From NCBI GenBank assembly GCA_014728035.1, contig WJMJ01000007.1, positions 1 through 37,383 of the forward strand: a stretch of DNA of 37,383 nt, written 5' to 3'. Positions 27,878 through 36,485 of this stretch are shown piece after piece. The first letter of the stretch is position 1. The number at the start of each line of letters is the position of its first letter. Position numbers and translations under genes: made by a program. The DNA is from Promethearchaeota archaeon. GTDB lineage: Archaea; Asgardarchaeota; Thorarchaeia; Thorarchaeales; Thorarchaeaceae. Below the pieces are notes generated by a model. That model did no database searches, was not told the origin of the DNA, and saw only the letters and a list, made by a program, of their open reading frames with translations.

Positions 27878-28398
27878 TTAATATAAATATTCAATCAAAT
27901 ATATTGTATTCCATGGATAGATATATGCAACTAACCCTTTTTAAGGCAGAAGCAAAAAACCACTTGGGGAACGAACAGATGGTGGCCTCGCAAGTACAAA
28001 CCTGGCTTAATGTCATGCAAATTCCATTTGAAACAAATGAGGATAAGACAAGGTTCTTCACAGAATGGAGTCTTGATGGGAAATCCTTCAAAGTTATCAT
28101 CAACGTTCGAGTTGATGGCTGGATTCAGATCACTGCATTATTAATCGAATCAAAAGATATTCCTGCTGAGAGAAAACTAGAGATTTTGGAACATCTGATG
28201 AAAGATAATTGGGAACTAGATGATGTTACATACAGTATGGATAAGGATGGAAACATCTATTCTGAGAATGATATTCCTGGACATTCAAACGTCGAAACAT
28301 TTCTCACCGAGCTGAATGCGGTTGTTTATGGTGCAAAACGATTCTTTTCTAATTTTGAGGACATCATTGGTATAGAAAAGCCCTCGGTTCTAAATTGA
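27853..28398 (+). CDS. YbjN / type III chaperone-fold protein (start uncertain, probably downstream)
   Basis: WIQITALL...ILEHLMKDNWELDDVTYSMDKDGNI resembles the YbjN/CesT pattern. Confidence 0.55.
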   Translation: MDPLNFRMININIQSNILYSMDRYMQLTLFKAEAKNHLGNEQMVASQVQTWLNVMQIPFETNEDKTRFFTEWSLDGKSFKVIINVRVDGWIQITALLIESKDIPAERKLEILEHLMKDNWELDDVTYSMDKDGNIYSENDIPGHSNVETFLTELNAVVYGAKRFFSNFEDIIGIEKPSVLN

Positions 28399-28441
28399 TG
28401 AAGACTAATAGAAGGGCATCACTTTCCCATAATCTCTAGAT

Positions 28442-29539
28442 TCAATCTTCCTCTTGTACCGAAGGAACATCCTGTTTCTCATATTTTCTAAATTTAGATA
28501 AAATTCTGTAATACCACGGAATTGGAATTTCATCGACTACCTGACCACTAACAGTAACATCTTTTCTAATTTGAGATGATGGATGGAATCCAGTCACCAG
28601 GAATATGTAAATGAAAACGAAAGCGATTGGTGTTACTATTGGTAATATGTAAGTTGGGTTAAAGCTGGATGTAACTAGAAACAGAGACATAGGATAAATA
28701 ATTGTTAGGACTCCTAGAAATGACATCTTGTTCCTAGATAACTTCTGCTGAAGGTACCGAATGTATCCATATGCTAAAGAAAGTTGGGGCCAGGCTACAA
28801 TCAGATTTGATAGTGAACGAACATCTAATGAAAATCTAACATTGATATAGAAAATTTCTTCCCTGAATCGTAAGACAGTATATGCTGCTGGTCCTATAAC
28901 ACCGCCCATCTGAAAAGAGAACATCCAAAATAGTAATACGGGACTTAAAAGAGTTATAATACAGAAGATCAGACTCAGCAGGAATGACTTGATCGAAACC
29001 TGATTTATCAACTGTATGTGTGTTGATTTTGTACTTGATATAGATTGATGACTCGATTGTTGTTTTTGGGAGATTATGAATTCACGAATTAATAGTGGTG
29101 CTATGAGAAATAAGAGTAGATACCAAAAATCACTTGAATTCCAAGCCCACGGACTGTCGATGAAGGTCATAGAATAGGATAGAACAATATTCAATACATA
29201 GTAAAAAATGAACACAAAAATAGTAGGAAGTCGAATCTTTTTTGTGGGTTCTCGATTTAATACAAATAAACAAAAAATAGAAAGAAATCCTAAGATAACA
29301 AAATTACCCAAGTAAGTGGACATGTCGTAATAAACCACAGTCACTGAACTGTCATTCAGTATAAGAATTCCAAGAAATGCAGTATAGTAATAAAGACTGG
29401 AACTTATCTGGAAGGTCCATGGGAGTAGTGAACCCAAAATAAAGGCCCCAAACACATAGAAAATTGATCTTCTACTGATTTGAATCTTACCCACCTCGAA
29501 CTTGCATGATTTACTATTAAACTTAGATTGAAAATACAT
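28442..29539 (-). CDS. Hypothetical polytopic membrane protein
   Basis: About 8 hydrophobic segments; start uncertain. Confidence 0.65.
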   Translation of the reverse strand: MYFQSKFNSKSCKFEVGKIQISRRSIFYVFGAFILGSLLPWTFQISSSLYYYTAFLGILILNDSSVTVVYYDMSTYLGNFVILGFLSIFCLFVLNREPTKKIRLPTIFVFIFYYVLNIVLSYSMTFIDSPWAWNSSDFWYLLLFLIAPLLIREFIISQKQQSSHQSISSTKSTHIQLINQVSIKSFLLSLIFCIITLLSPVLLFWMFSFQMGGVIGPAAYTVLRFREEIFYINVRFSLDVRSLSNLIVAWPQLSLAYGYIRYLQQKLSRNKMSFLGVLTIIYPMSLFLVTSSFNPTYILPIVTPIAFVFIYIFLVTGFHPSSQIRKDVTVSGQVVDEIPIPWYYRILSKFRKYEKQDVPSVQEED

Positions 29540-29619
29540 TCCTCATATTTAACTTATTTTTTTTACAAGAAATACAGTAGAAATTTATGAAACAATGTGA
29601 AATAACTTTTGAAATCCTC

Positions 29620-30321
29620 TCAGTTTTTCGCAGGCAATAAGAGGATATGGTCAATATCACTTGTTTTGTCTTGGTCAATAATCAAACGTGCAGCTTTAGC
29701 GATATCTGTTGCTGAAAGCATTCTTTCTCTATCGACGTCTTTTCCATCAAACCACGGTGTGGATACAGAACCTGGGTTGATTGTCGCAGCTTTTACTTGA
29801 GTTTCACGTAATTCTTCTCTGAGACACCAGACCATTGCTTGCACCGCATGTTTTGTTGCAGAGTAGATACTTGTACGAGCAGAAGTCTTGAGACCGAGGT
29901 TTGAAGATGTAACGATGATCTGACCAGAGTTTTTCTGTTTCATTTCTGGTAATACTTTTCGAATCCATAGAAAAACACCCCTTACATTGGTATTCATTTG
30001 TTCATCAAACTGCCAAATCTCCATATCTTCAAGATTTCCAAAATATCCTACACCTGCATTCGCAACAAGAACATCGACTGAAGCCATTTTCTCTAAGATA
30101 TCATTGTATAGAGCATCGACTACATCTGGATTTGCAACATCACCACATCCGAAATATGCAACTCCACCAGCTGATTCGATCTCTTTTGCTACTTTCTCCA
30201 ATTTGTTTTCACTTCGACTTACAATGTAAATAGCATGTCCATTCTTTGCCATTTCTAGGGCAATTGCTCTCCCAATACCACTGGAACCTCCAGTTATTAC
30301 GATATTCTTTTTGATTGACAT
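29620..30321 (-). CDS. SDR family oxidoreductase
   Basis: TGGSSGIG, NAG, YSATK; likely start MSIKKNIV. Confidence 0.92.
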   Translation of the reverse strand: MSIKKNIVITGGSSGIGRAIALEMAKNGHAIYIVSRSENKLEKVAKEIESAGGVAYFGCGDVANPDVVDALYNDILEKMASVDVLVANAGVGYFGNLEDMEIWQFDEQMNTNVRGVFLWIRKVLPEMKQKNSGQIIVTSSNLGLKTSARTSIYSATKHAVQAMVWCLREELRETQVKAATINPGSVSTPWFDGKDVDRERMLSATDIAKAARLIIDQDKTSDIDHILLLPAKN

Positions 30322-30378
30322 TCTTTCAACCTTCATTCTACGTATGTCTGCATATTGAAAAGAATATTGATGTTGCAA

Positions 30379-30687
30379 TCAATTATCTAGTATTTCTATA
30401 TCCAAATCTTTTAGCTTGCGAATAAATCCAATTTGGTCTCCAAGAGTGTGAAGATATGCATTTTCCGACTTCTGATATGATATCAAACCACCACTGGAAT
30501 CTGAAAAAGGAACAACAATGACATCATCTTTTGACACTCTTGCTTCAAATCTAAAAATAGAGCAATTCGGAGATATCACATGAGGTGGTAACTCTGAAAT
30601 ACCGGTACTGAAAATATATCGACCTGGACAATTTCTAATTGGTTTCCAGTCAAAGCTATTGTACACCTTTAGAAATATATTCATCAT
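30379..30687 (-). CDS. Small hypothetical protein
   Basis: 102-aa ORF with conserved-looking motifs WKPIRNCPGRY, GGLISY, YLHTL. Confidence 0.65.
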   Translation of the reverse strand: MMNIFLKVYNSFDWKPIRNCPGRYIFSTGISELPPHVISPNCSIFRFEARVSKDDVIVVPFSDSSGGLISYQKSENAYLHTLGDQIGFIRKLKDLDIEILDN

Positions 30688-30900
30688 TAAAAGGTTGCTA
30701 AAAATATGAAGTAAAAAATTTTCACATTCGGAACTGATACTAATCTTTGTTCTTTCTAAAAAGTCAAAATAATTGATTAGAGGTCTATTTCGTGATTCGT
30801 TTTAGTAACCTTTCAAAGATCACTAGAATAAACATTCCACCGGACATCATAAAGACCGATAATACGATGGTAACGAGTTCAGGACACATTTTCTTTCAGA

Positions 30901-30919
30901 TATAATTCGACAAATAACG
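30901..30919 (+). repeat. Dispersed intergenic 19-mer, copy 2
   Basis: TATAATTCGACAAATAACG. Confidence 0.6.
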
Positions 30920-31084
30920 TATTTATGCATTTAGTTCTATTTTCGTTGAATAGCAAATTTTGTATGTCAAAATGTCGATTTCAATCCTATGAAATGATTG
31001 GTGAATATGCTAGGCATAACGTAAAGAGATTTTTTTAATAGTGAAGTTTTTACGTGGTCCATCAATGAGAAATCGTGGTTGATC

Positions 31085-31906
31085 ATGAGTAGGAAAGAGA
31101 AACAAACGAGATACATAGTGATTTTAAAATTCTATAATGAGGAAAAAAATCTTCGAAAAGTGATTGATAATATTTCTCTTCAGACACTTCCACCAACCAA
31201 ATTTCTCTTTCTAAATGATGGGTCGAATGATGATAGCGAATCTATTGTAAAACAAGCAGCGAATGAATATGGAATTGATTTTGAAATAGTATCTATGCCT
31301 CCAAAGAAAAAAGGTAATTTGGATAAAATTGGAAGAATATGGAATAAAGCTAGAGATACAATTGTAAGATTATCTGAAGAAACAGATTACTTCGCTCTAT
31401 CTGATTCTGATAATCTTTTTCCAAAAGACTACTTTGAAACTGTTATTGATTATATGAATGATGACGATCAGCTTGGTGTTATAGCTCCTGAAATCAAAGG
31501 TGCTCCAAGGCAGACTTTCCCAATGTTCTGTGGCAAAGTTATTAGGTCGATTATTATGAAAAAAATCAAACACTATTGGGATATTTCTGCAGACTCGCTC
31601 ATCAATATCAAAGCTCTTCAATATGGTTATAAAATTGAGATTTTAAGAGATATTGAGATCGATGCGCCTCCTTCACATCTTCAGACTGACAAAGGGAAAT
31701 ATCGTTCAGGAAGATTAGCTTATTATGCAGGTTTTCATCCAGTATATGTACTAGCAAAAGCATTGCTTAAACGCGATCAACAATATCTTCAGGGTTATTT
31801 TTCAGAGCTAATAAGAGGAACTTGGCGATGTCAAGATGAATTTGTCAGGAATTATTATCACAATAAAATAAAAGATTGGATTGCATCACACTTAATTCGA
31901 ATCTAA
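31085..31906 (+). CDS. Glycosyltransferase family 2
   Basis: FYNEE, NDGSNDDS, DSD (DxD), PKDYFE. Confidence 0.88.
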   Translation: MSRKEKQTRYIVILKFYNEEKNLRKVIDNISLQTLPPTKFLFLNDGSNDDSESIVKQAANEYGIDFEIVSMPPKKKGNLDKIGRIWNKARDTIVRLSEETDYFALSDSDNLFPKDYFETVIDYMNDDDQLGVIAPEIKGAPRQTFPMFCGKVIRSIIMKKIKHYWDISADSLINIKALQYGYKIEILRDIEIDAPPSHLQTDKGKYRSGRLAYYAGFHPVYVLAKALLKRDQQYLQGYFSELIRGTWRCQDEFVRNYYHNKIKDWIASHLIRI

Positions 31907-32076
31907 CTCTCAATTCCTTTTGACGTATCAATTGAAGAAATCCTAGGCATTTTCAATAGTACATATTTTGTAAAGCAAACCTTATTGTGCATAAAGTTTG
32001 TAAAAAAAGCGTAGATGATGTATATTATATATCAAGCAAACCAATAACTATTATCCTTCCTTTAGGAGGTTAGAGA

Positions 32077-33018
32077 ATGAAACTCATCTACAAAAATTAC
32101 GAACCCGAAAAAGGGCTAGAAGAAAAACAAGCTGAACTCTATACAGAACTATCAGGTAGAACTGCAACAGCAGATCAGATACGTACTCGAAATACACAGA
32201 AAGCTCCAGAAATGACACGTTATGTTCTTACAGAAGACAATGAAGCATTAGCATATGTTACAGCCAGAAGATCTCGGTCTAATCCGAGAAGAGTCTATAT
32301 TGGTTATCCTTGGGCTCGACCAACCTGTCCAGAAGACGCCCAGTTGAAGATTTTCAATGAGCTTATGGATTATCTAAAGAAAGAATATTCATCATTGGAG
32401 ATTGCCACCTCTATTGTTCTGGAAGAAACAAATAATGAGGAACAATTCAAGTTCTTCGGAACGCAGAACTTTGAAGAATTCGAGATATATGGGTACCATA
32501 CATATGAAATGAGTATAGATGAAATTGAGAAATGGGATTTACCAGAAAAATCAATAAAATTGGATGCAAGGAAGATTGCAGAGAAGGATATTGATACTAT
32601 CGCAGAATTAATCATGAATGACCCATACATATCACGAGCTTTTCCCAACAAAGAAGCTATTTCCAGTTATCTAAAGGATAGAATAATTCCCGATGACCAT
32701 TCCGTCATCATCACTGATAATGATGAGATAGTTGCTGCTAGTGCAGTTATTGTCTTGAAACCTGACCATCCTGCATCTTCTTCAGAATATGACATCGTAA
32801 TTCCAAGATTCACAGTTGTTAAAGAAAGGAATCAACACGCTGCAAAAAGAATGATCTTCGAATTGGCAAAAATCCAACGAGAAGCGGGTTGGGAAGATAT
32901 TCCTTTGCATTTCTCCTTTTTCTTCTTGAGCCCTCATTTCGCATTGTCCCACTATCCGTTTGTATTTCCAGATATCAATGTCCTGGAAGTTGTAATGGTA
33001 TTCAATAAAGAAGAGTGA
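32077..33018 (+). CDS. Hypothetical protein, probable tandem GNAT-like fold
   Basis: Strong GGAGGT SD; two halves with GNAT-like strands (RYVLTEDNEALAYV; VIITDNDEIVAAS). Confidence 0.55.
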   Translation: MKLIYKNYEPEKGLEEKQAELYTELSGRTATADQIRTRNTQKAPEMTRYVLTEDNEALAYVTARRSRSNPRRVYIGYPWARPTCPEDAQLKIFNELMDYLKKEYSSLEIATSIVLEETNNEEQFKFFGTQNFEEFEIYGYHTYEMSIDEIEKWDLPEKSIKLDARKIAEKDIDTIAELIMNDPYISRAFPNKEAISSYLKDRIIPDDHSVIITDNDEIVAASAVIVLKPDHPASSSEYDIVIPRFTVVKERNQHAAKRMIFELAKIQREAGWEDIPLHFSFFFLSPHFALSHYPFVFPDINVLEVVMVFNKEE

Positions 33019-33025
33019 ATATAAT

Positions 33026-33047
33026 AGCGTAAGAGCACTCTTACGCT
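33026..33047. terminator. Perfect hairpin between convergent genes
   Basis: AGCGTAAGAG-CA-CTCTTACGCT. Confidence 0.65.
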
Positions 33048-33049
33048 CT

Positions 33050-33493
33050 CTAATCTTTTTCAACATGAATCGTATATTTTTTCTTATCCGTTGGATGGTC
33101 TAGTAGAATTACTTCAGGATCTAGACGAATCAATATGTATTCCTCATTATCAGAAGTTCCCCAGTAATCTTTGAACCAGGATATAGTTTCAGCTACTTTC
33201 TTCCTAAGTTTGTCATCTGAAATTACCGTCGCATATCCAGTACCTCTTGCACATCCCAATCCGTCATTGTAAGAAAACGGGGCTGAAAACTCCATTCTAC
33301 CATCTTTCTTAATTTGTCTCACTTTGTTCCACTTCGACCAAGTGGCTACCCACATCTGTTTATCATATCTCGTAACAGCCATCATTCTGACTTTTGGTGC
33401 TCCTTCCTCAACAGTTGCAAGATGAACATAATTCACTTTTTCCAGGTAGGGCCATAGCTCATCATAAGTCATTGATTCAGCATATTCTTTCAT
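33050..33493 (-). CDS. Pyridoxamine 5'-phosphate oxidase-like FMN-binding split-barrel protein
   Basis: HLATVEEGAPKVRMM, NKVRQIKK, RGTGYA, YILIRLDP. Confidence 0.85.
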   Translation of the reverse strand: MKEYAESMTYDELWPYLEKVNYVHLATVEEGAPKVRMMAVTRYDKQMWVATWSKWNKVRQIKKDGRMEFSAPFSYNDGLGCARGTGYATVISDDKLRKKVAETISWFKDYWGTSDNEEYILIRLDPEVILLDHPTDKKKYTIHVEKD

Positions 33494-33735
33494 TTAGAAA
33501 CCTCGTACATCATTCTTGAAATCCATTGAAATCGGACATTACTCAATCAGTTGGAAACGAATTGAATAAAAAGAGTCATTTTCGACGCAACAAAGACAAT
33601 TTTCGAGTTCGAATATCATTGATCAACAGGAGTCGATATTGAAAGACTAGTAACAAAATGTGACCTTTAAACGTGACTTTGCTTTATATTCACGGAACCG
33701 GAAGTGGTATCAGATAACACTCAGAGGAATTCATT

Positions 33736-34608
33736 ATGAACGATAAAATAGAGAACAATGATACAGACCCACAAGAAGATGAATCTGTATCTGAAACACC
33801 TCGAACTACAAAAAGAAGTAGACGGATAAGGAACAAGAGTTACAAGACTTTAGCAACATTCATAGCATGGTCTGCATTTGTTTCTATTTGGCTGTTCTTT
33901 TTTGCAATTGATTTTACCATAATTGAAAATGCATCTATGGTAATTGCATCTTTAATCTGGTTTGGTGGTATGAACGGAGTTATTTGGACCCCTGATAGAG
34001 TCATTCCAAGTAAATCAGCAGGTCGTACAAGAGCTACAATATTCATTTCTGTGACGTGGCTAGCATTACTAATCTTATGGTTTCCATTTTTTGCAGATCC
34101 TTTCACAGGGTATCAGAATACTGCATTATTGATAGCTTCTTTTGTAATTTTCATAGGGTTAGTTGGTGGAATGTGGTTAAGAGCTGTTCCAGGACCAATT
34201 GGGGATGAAAGAAATATGATAATCGCAACATTCTCAGTGTTTCTGCTTTGGCAAATCTTTCTGGTCATCTGGTTATGGTGGTATGCTCCGATATATCAAT
34301 TTGAACAGAATGTTGCAATTGGAATATTGTCTTCTGTTATTGCAATAGCCTTGATTTTTGGTTCAGCCGCAAGGATTAGTAAACGTCTTGATGAAGATTT
34401 TCAAGGGATAGCAGAAGTAGGACTCTTCTTGACCTGGCTGCTATTACTAGTTGGTTGGTTTTGGTTCTTTGCAGGAGATTTCAATACCTACCAGAACTTT
34501 GCCATAGTCTTTATTTCGATGATACTCTTTGCAGGTATCGCTTTTATTCGTGGAAGAAAGAAATGGACAACAATGTCTGAATTAGAAGAATTAGACTTCA
34601 AGGACTAA
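33736..34608 (+). CDS. Membrane protein built from four two-helix repeats
   Basis: Four copies of W-x6-W-x2-[FY]A-x2-[FY]-x3-[QE]N. Confidence 0.8.
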   Translation: MNDKIENNDTDPQEDESVSETPRTTKRSRRIRNKSYKTLATFIAWSAFVSIWLFFFAIDFTIIENASMVIASLIWFGGMNGVIWTPDRVIPSKSAGRTRATIFISVTWLALLILWFPFFADPFTGYQNTALLIASFVIFIGLVGGMWLRAVPGPIGDERNMIIATFSVFLLWQIFLVIWLWWYAPIYQFEQNVAIGILSSVIAIALIFGSAARISKRLDEDFQGIAEVGLFLTWLLLLVGWFWFFAGDFNTYQNFAIVFISMILFAGIAFIRGRKKWTTMSELEELDFKD

Positions 34609-34623
34609 TTAGATATAGCGTGA

Positions 34624-34654
34624 GGGGTCCTAACTCTATACTGTTAGTGACCCC
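34624..34654. terminator. Hairpin between convergent genes
   Basis: GGGGTC-CTAAC...GTTAG-T-GACCCC. Confidence 0.55.
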
Positions 34655-34673
34655 ATAAACTCTTTTAAAACAT

Positions 34674-35081
34674 CTAAAGTCGTAATTTCTGAAATTTACG
34701 TTTCTTTTCTACAGCTTCAAGCATATGTGATCTATCAAAATATACTTCATTCACACCAATCTTTCCATCAGTAATTTCCACGATATCAACGCCAATCTCT
34801 TCAAAAGTTTCGCCATTAACAGGAATGGTACAAATCCATTTCACAACAGCACCTTTTTTCGTTGGAAAGACATCAATTGGTTTCCATACCCAATCTTGAT
34901 AGAAACCCAGGAGTTTTGTGAAATAAGGTCGAATTTCTTTTTTCCCTTTCAGTCCTTCTTTGTTCGCAGGATCGATGTATATTGCATCTTCTGTGTAGAA
35001 TTCAAGCAATTCGTTAGGTCTATTACCTGTCCAGTGAGATAGCCAATCCTCAATGAACTGAAAGAGCTCTTTTTCATTCAT
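34674..35081 (-). CDS. NTF2/SnoaL-like protein
   Basis: LLEFYTEDAIYIDP, GKKEIRPYF, GVDIVEITDGKI...EVYFD; likely start MNEKEL. Confidence 0.85.
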   Translation of the reverse strand: MNEKELFQFIEDWLSHWTGNRPNELLEFYTEDAIYIDPANKEGLKGKKEIRPYFTKLLGFYQDWVWKPIDVFPTKKGAVVKWICTIPVNGETFEEIGVDIVEITDGKIGVNEVYFDRSHMLEAVEKKRKFQKLRL

Positions 35082-35169
35082 AGAGATCATTCCATAGATT
35101 ATTTTGAGCAATGACCTGACATTATGCCTTAAGTTGTTTCGGGTAAGTATGGATTTTCGAGGTGGAAAA

Positions 35170-35856
35170 CTAGGGAGCGTCCCAAGCTAACCATAATAAT
35201 TGTACGTCCGTTTCAGCTTTAATTTGATGCAAGGAATTTCTTGGAATATAGTAGGTCTTGTTTGTTTCTAATACTTCTTCATTGTCACCTATTATTAGAA
35301 TCCCTTCACCAGCTAGTACAACAAAAACCTGTGGCCATGGGTCATGTTCACATTCCTCATTGAGAGTTGTTCCTTTTGATACATGATACCATGCATATCT
35401 GAGCCCCTTCCAGTAAACTAGAGGGATTGGTTTTGCTCCATGAGCAGAACCAGCAAGTTTCACATCTAGTGCTTTCGATTTCAAAATACCTGGATTAAAT
35501 AGAAAGGTCATTAGTGCTTTGAGAACTTCCATTATTTCAGAAACATTGTCTTTATTGTGAATTTCAAAATCAACTGGTCGTGATTCGCTTAATTTTGCTC
35601 TACCAGCTAATGCAAAAGCATCTGCCTCTCCACTAAGTATCTTTTCAAAAATTTCTTTTGTCATCATGACATCAAATGAAGTTTCTTTAAGATCTTCCTG
35701 AATTTCTATATCTTCGGATATTACAAGAGTTGCTTTCTCATCAATGTCTGTTAACCAAACCCCGACATTCATACCCTGAGTTACTCGTGTAATTTCTATC
35801 TTAAAAGCTCCTAATTGATCTACTAGCATCTTTAATGAATCATGTAAATGTACCAT
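35170..35856 (-). CDS. SCP2-like plus cupin domain fusion protein
   Basis: N-half DVMMTKEIFEKILSGEADAFAL (SCP2-like); C-half EHDPWPQVFVVLAGEG...YIPRNSLHQI (cupin). Confidence 0.65.
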   Translation of the reverse strand: MVHLHDSLKMLVDQLGAFKIEITRVTQGMNVGVWLTDIDEKATLVISEDIEIQEDLKETSFDVMMTKEIFEKILSGEADAFALAGRAKLSESRPVDFEIHNKDNVSEIMEVLKALMTFLFNPGILKSKALDVKLAGSAHGAKPIPLVYWKGLRYAWYHVSKGTTLNEECEHDPWPQVFVVLAGEGILIIGDNEEVLETNKTYYIPRNSLHQIKAETDVQLLWLAWDAP

Positions 35857-35874
35857 GGGCAGTCAATCCTCTAG

Positions 35875-36411
35875 TCAATTGTTTTTTTCCTGGGTAAGAA
35901 CATCCTTACCAATCTCTATCATTCTTTTATACAGTGAGTTTAGCATCTGGATAGATTCTTTCATCTCATTCAAGTGTTTTATCAACGGTCTATTCTCTTT
36001 CTTCTCTGATTTTGGAATCGATTCTTCTATTTGAGAGAGTTCATTTTCAAGTTTTATATTATCTTTGATAAGCTTGAAGAATCTACCCACCGCAATCTGT
36101 TTGATACTAGAAGACATGTAATATTTTCTTTCTCTTCTACCACGTGGATTGATTTCCTCTATATATCCACAAAAACCCATCTCAGAAAGCTGGTCTAGCA
36201 CTCGTGAAGCTGTACTTACAGATCTATCAATTATATCAGCTATCTCTTGTTGTGTTAGTCCATTATCAGCATCTCTTGCCTTGTAAGCTAGGATTGCATA
36301 AACCTGACCAAGTATTTTTGTCATACCTCGCGATTCATAGAATTCTCCAAATGTTTCAATATACTGTTTTTCAAACGAGGTAACCATCGGTTTTTCACTC
36401 CGTTCACTCAT
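35875..36411 (-). CDS. GbsR/MarR family transcriptional regulator
   Basis: YESRGMTKILGQVYAIL, LTQQEIADII.RSVSTASRVL, RERKYY, C-terminal coiled coil. Confidence 0.85.
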   Translation of the reverse strand: MSERSEKPMVTSFEKQYIETFGEFYESRGMTKILGQVYAILAYKARDADNGLTQQEIADIIDRSVSTASRVLDQLSEMGFCGYIEEINPRGRRERKYYMSSSIKQIAVGRFFKLIKDNIKLENELSQIEESIPKSEKKENRPLIKHLNEMKESIQMLNSLYKRMIEIGKDVLTQEKNN

Positions 36412-36448
36412 AGGTAAAAAACAGAAAGATTATAAGAAGATTTCTCTT

Positions 36449-36464
36449 TTGCAATATTGTGCAA
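36449..36464. promoter_or_regulatory. Candidate operator (inverted repeat)
   Basis: TTGCA-ATATTG-TGCAA in the 74-nt divergent gap, with a further TGCAA half-site at 36468-36472. Confidence 0.45.
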
Positions 36465-36485
36465 GTGTGCAACGGTGAAAATGAT

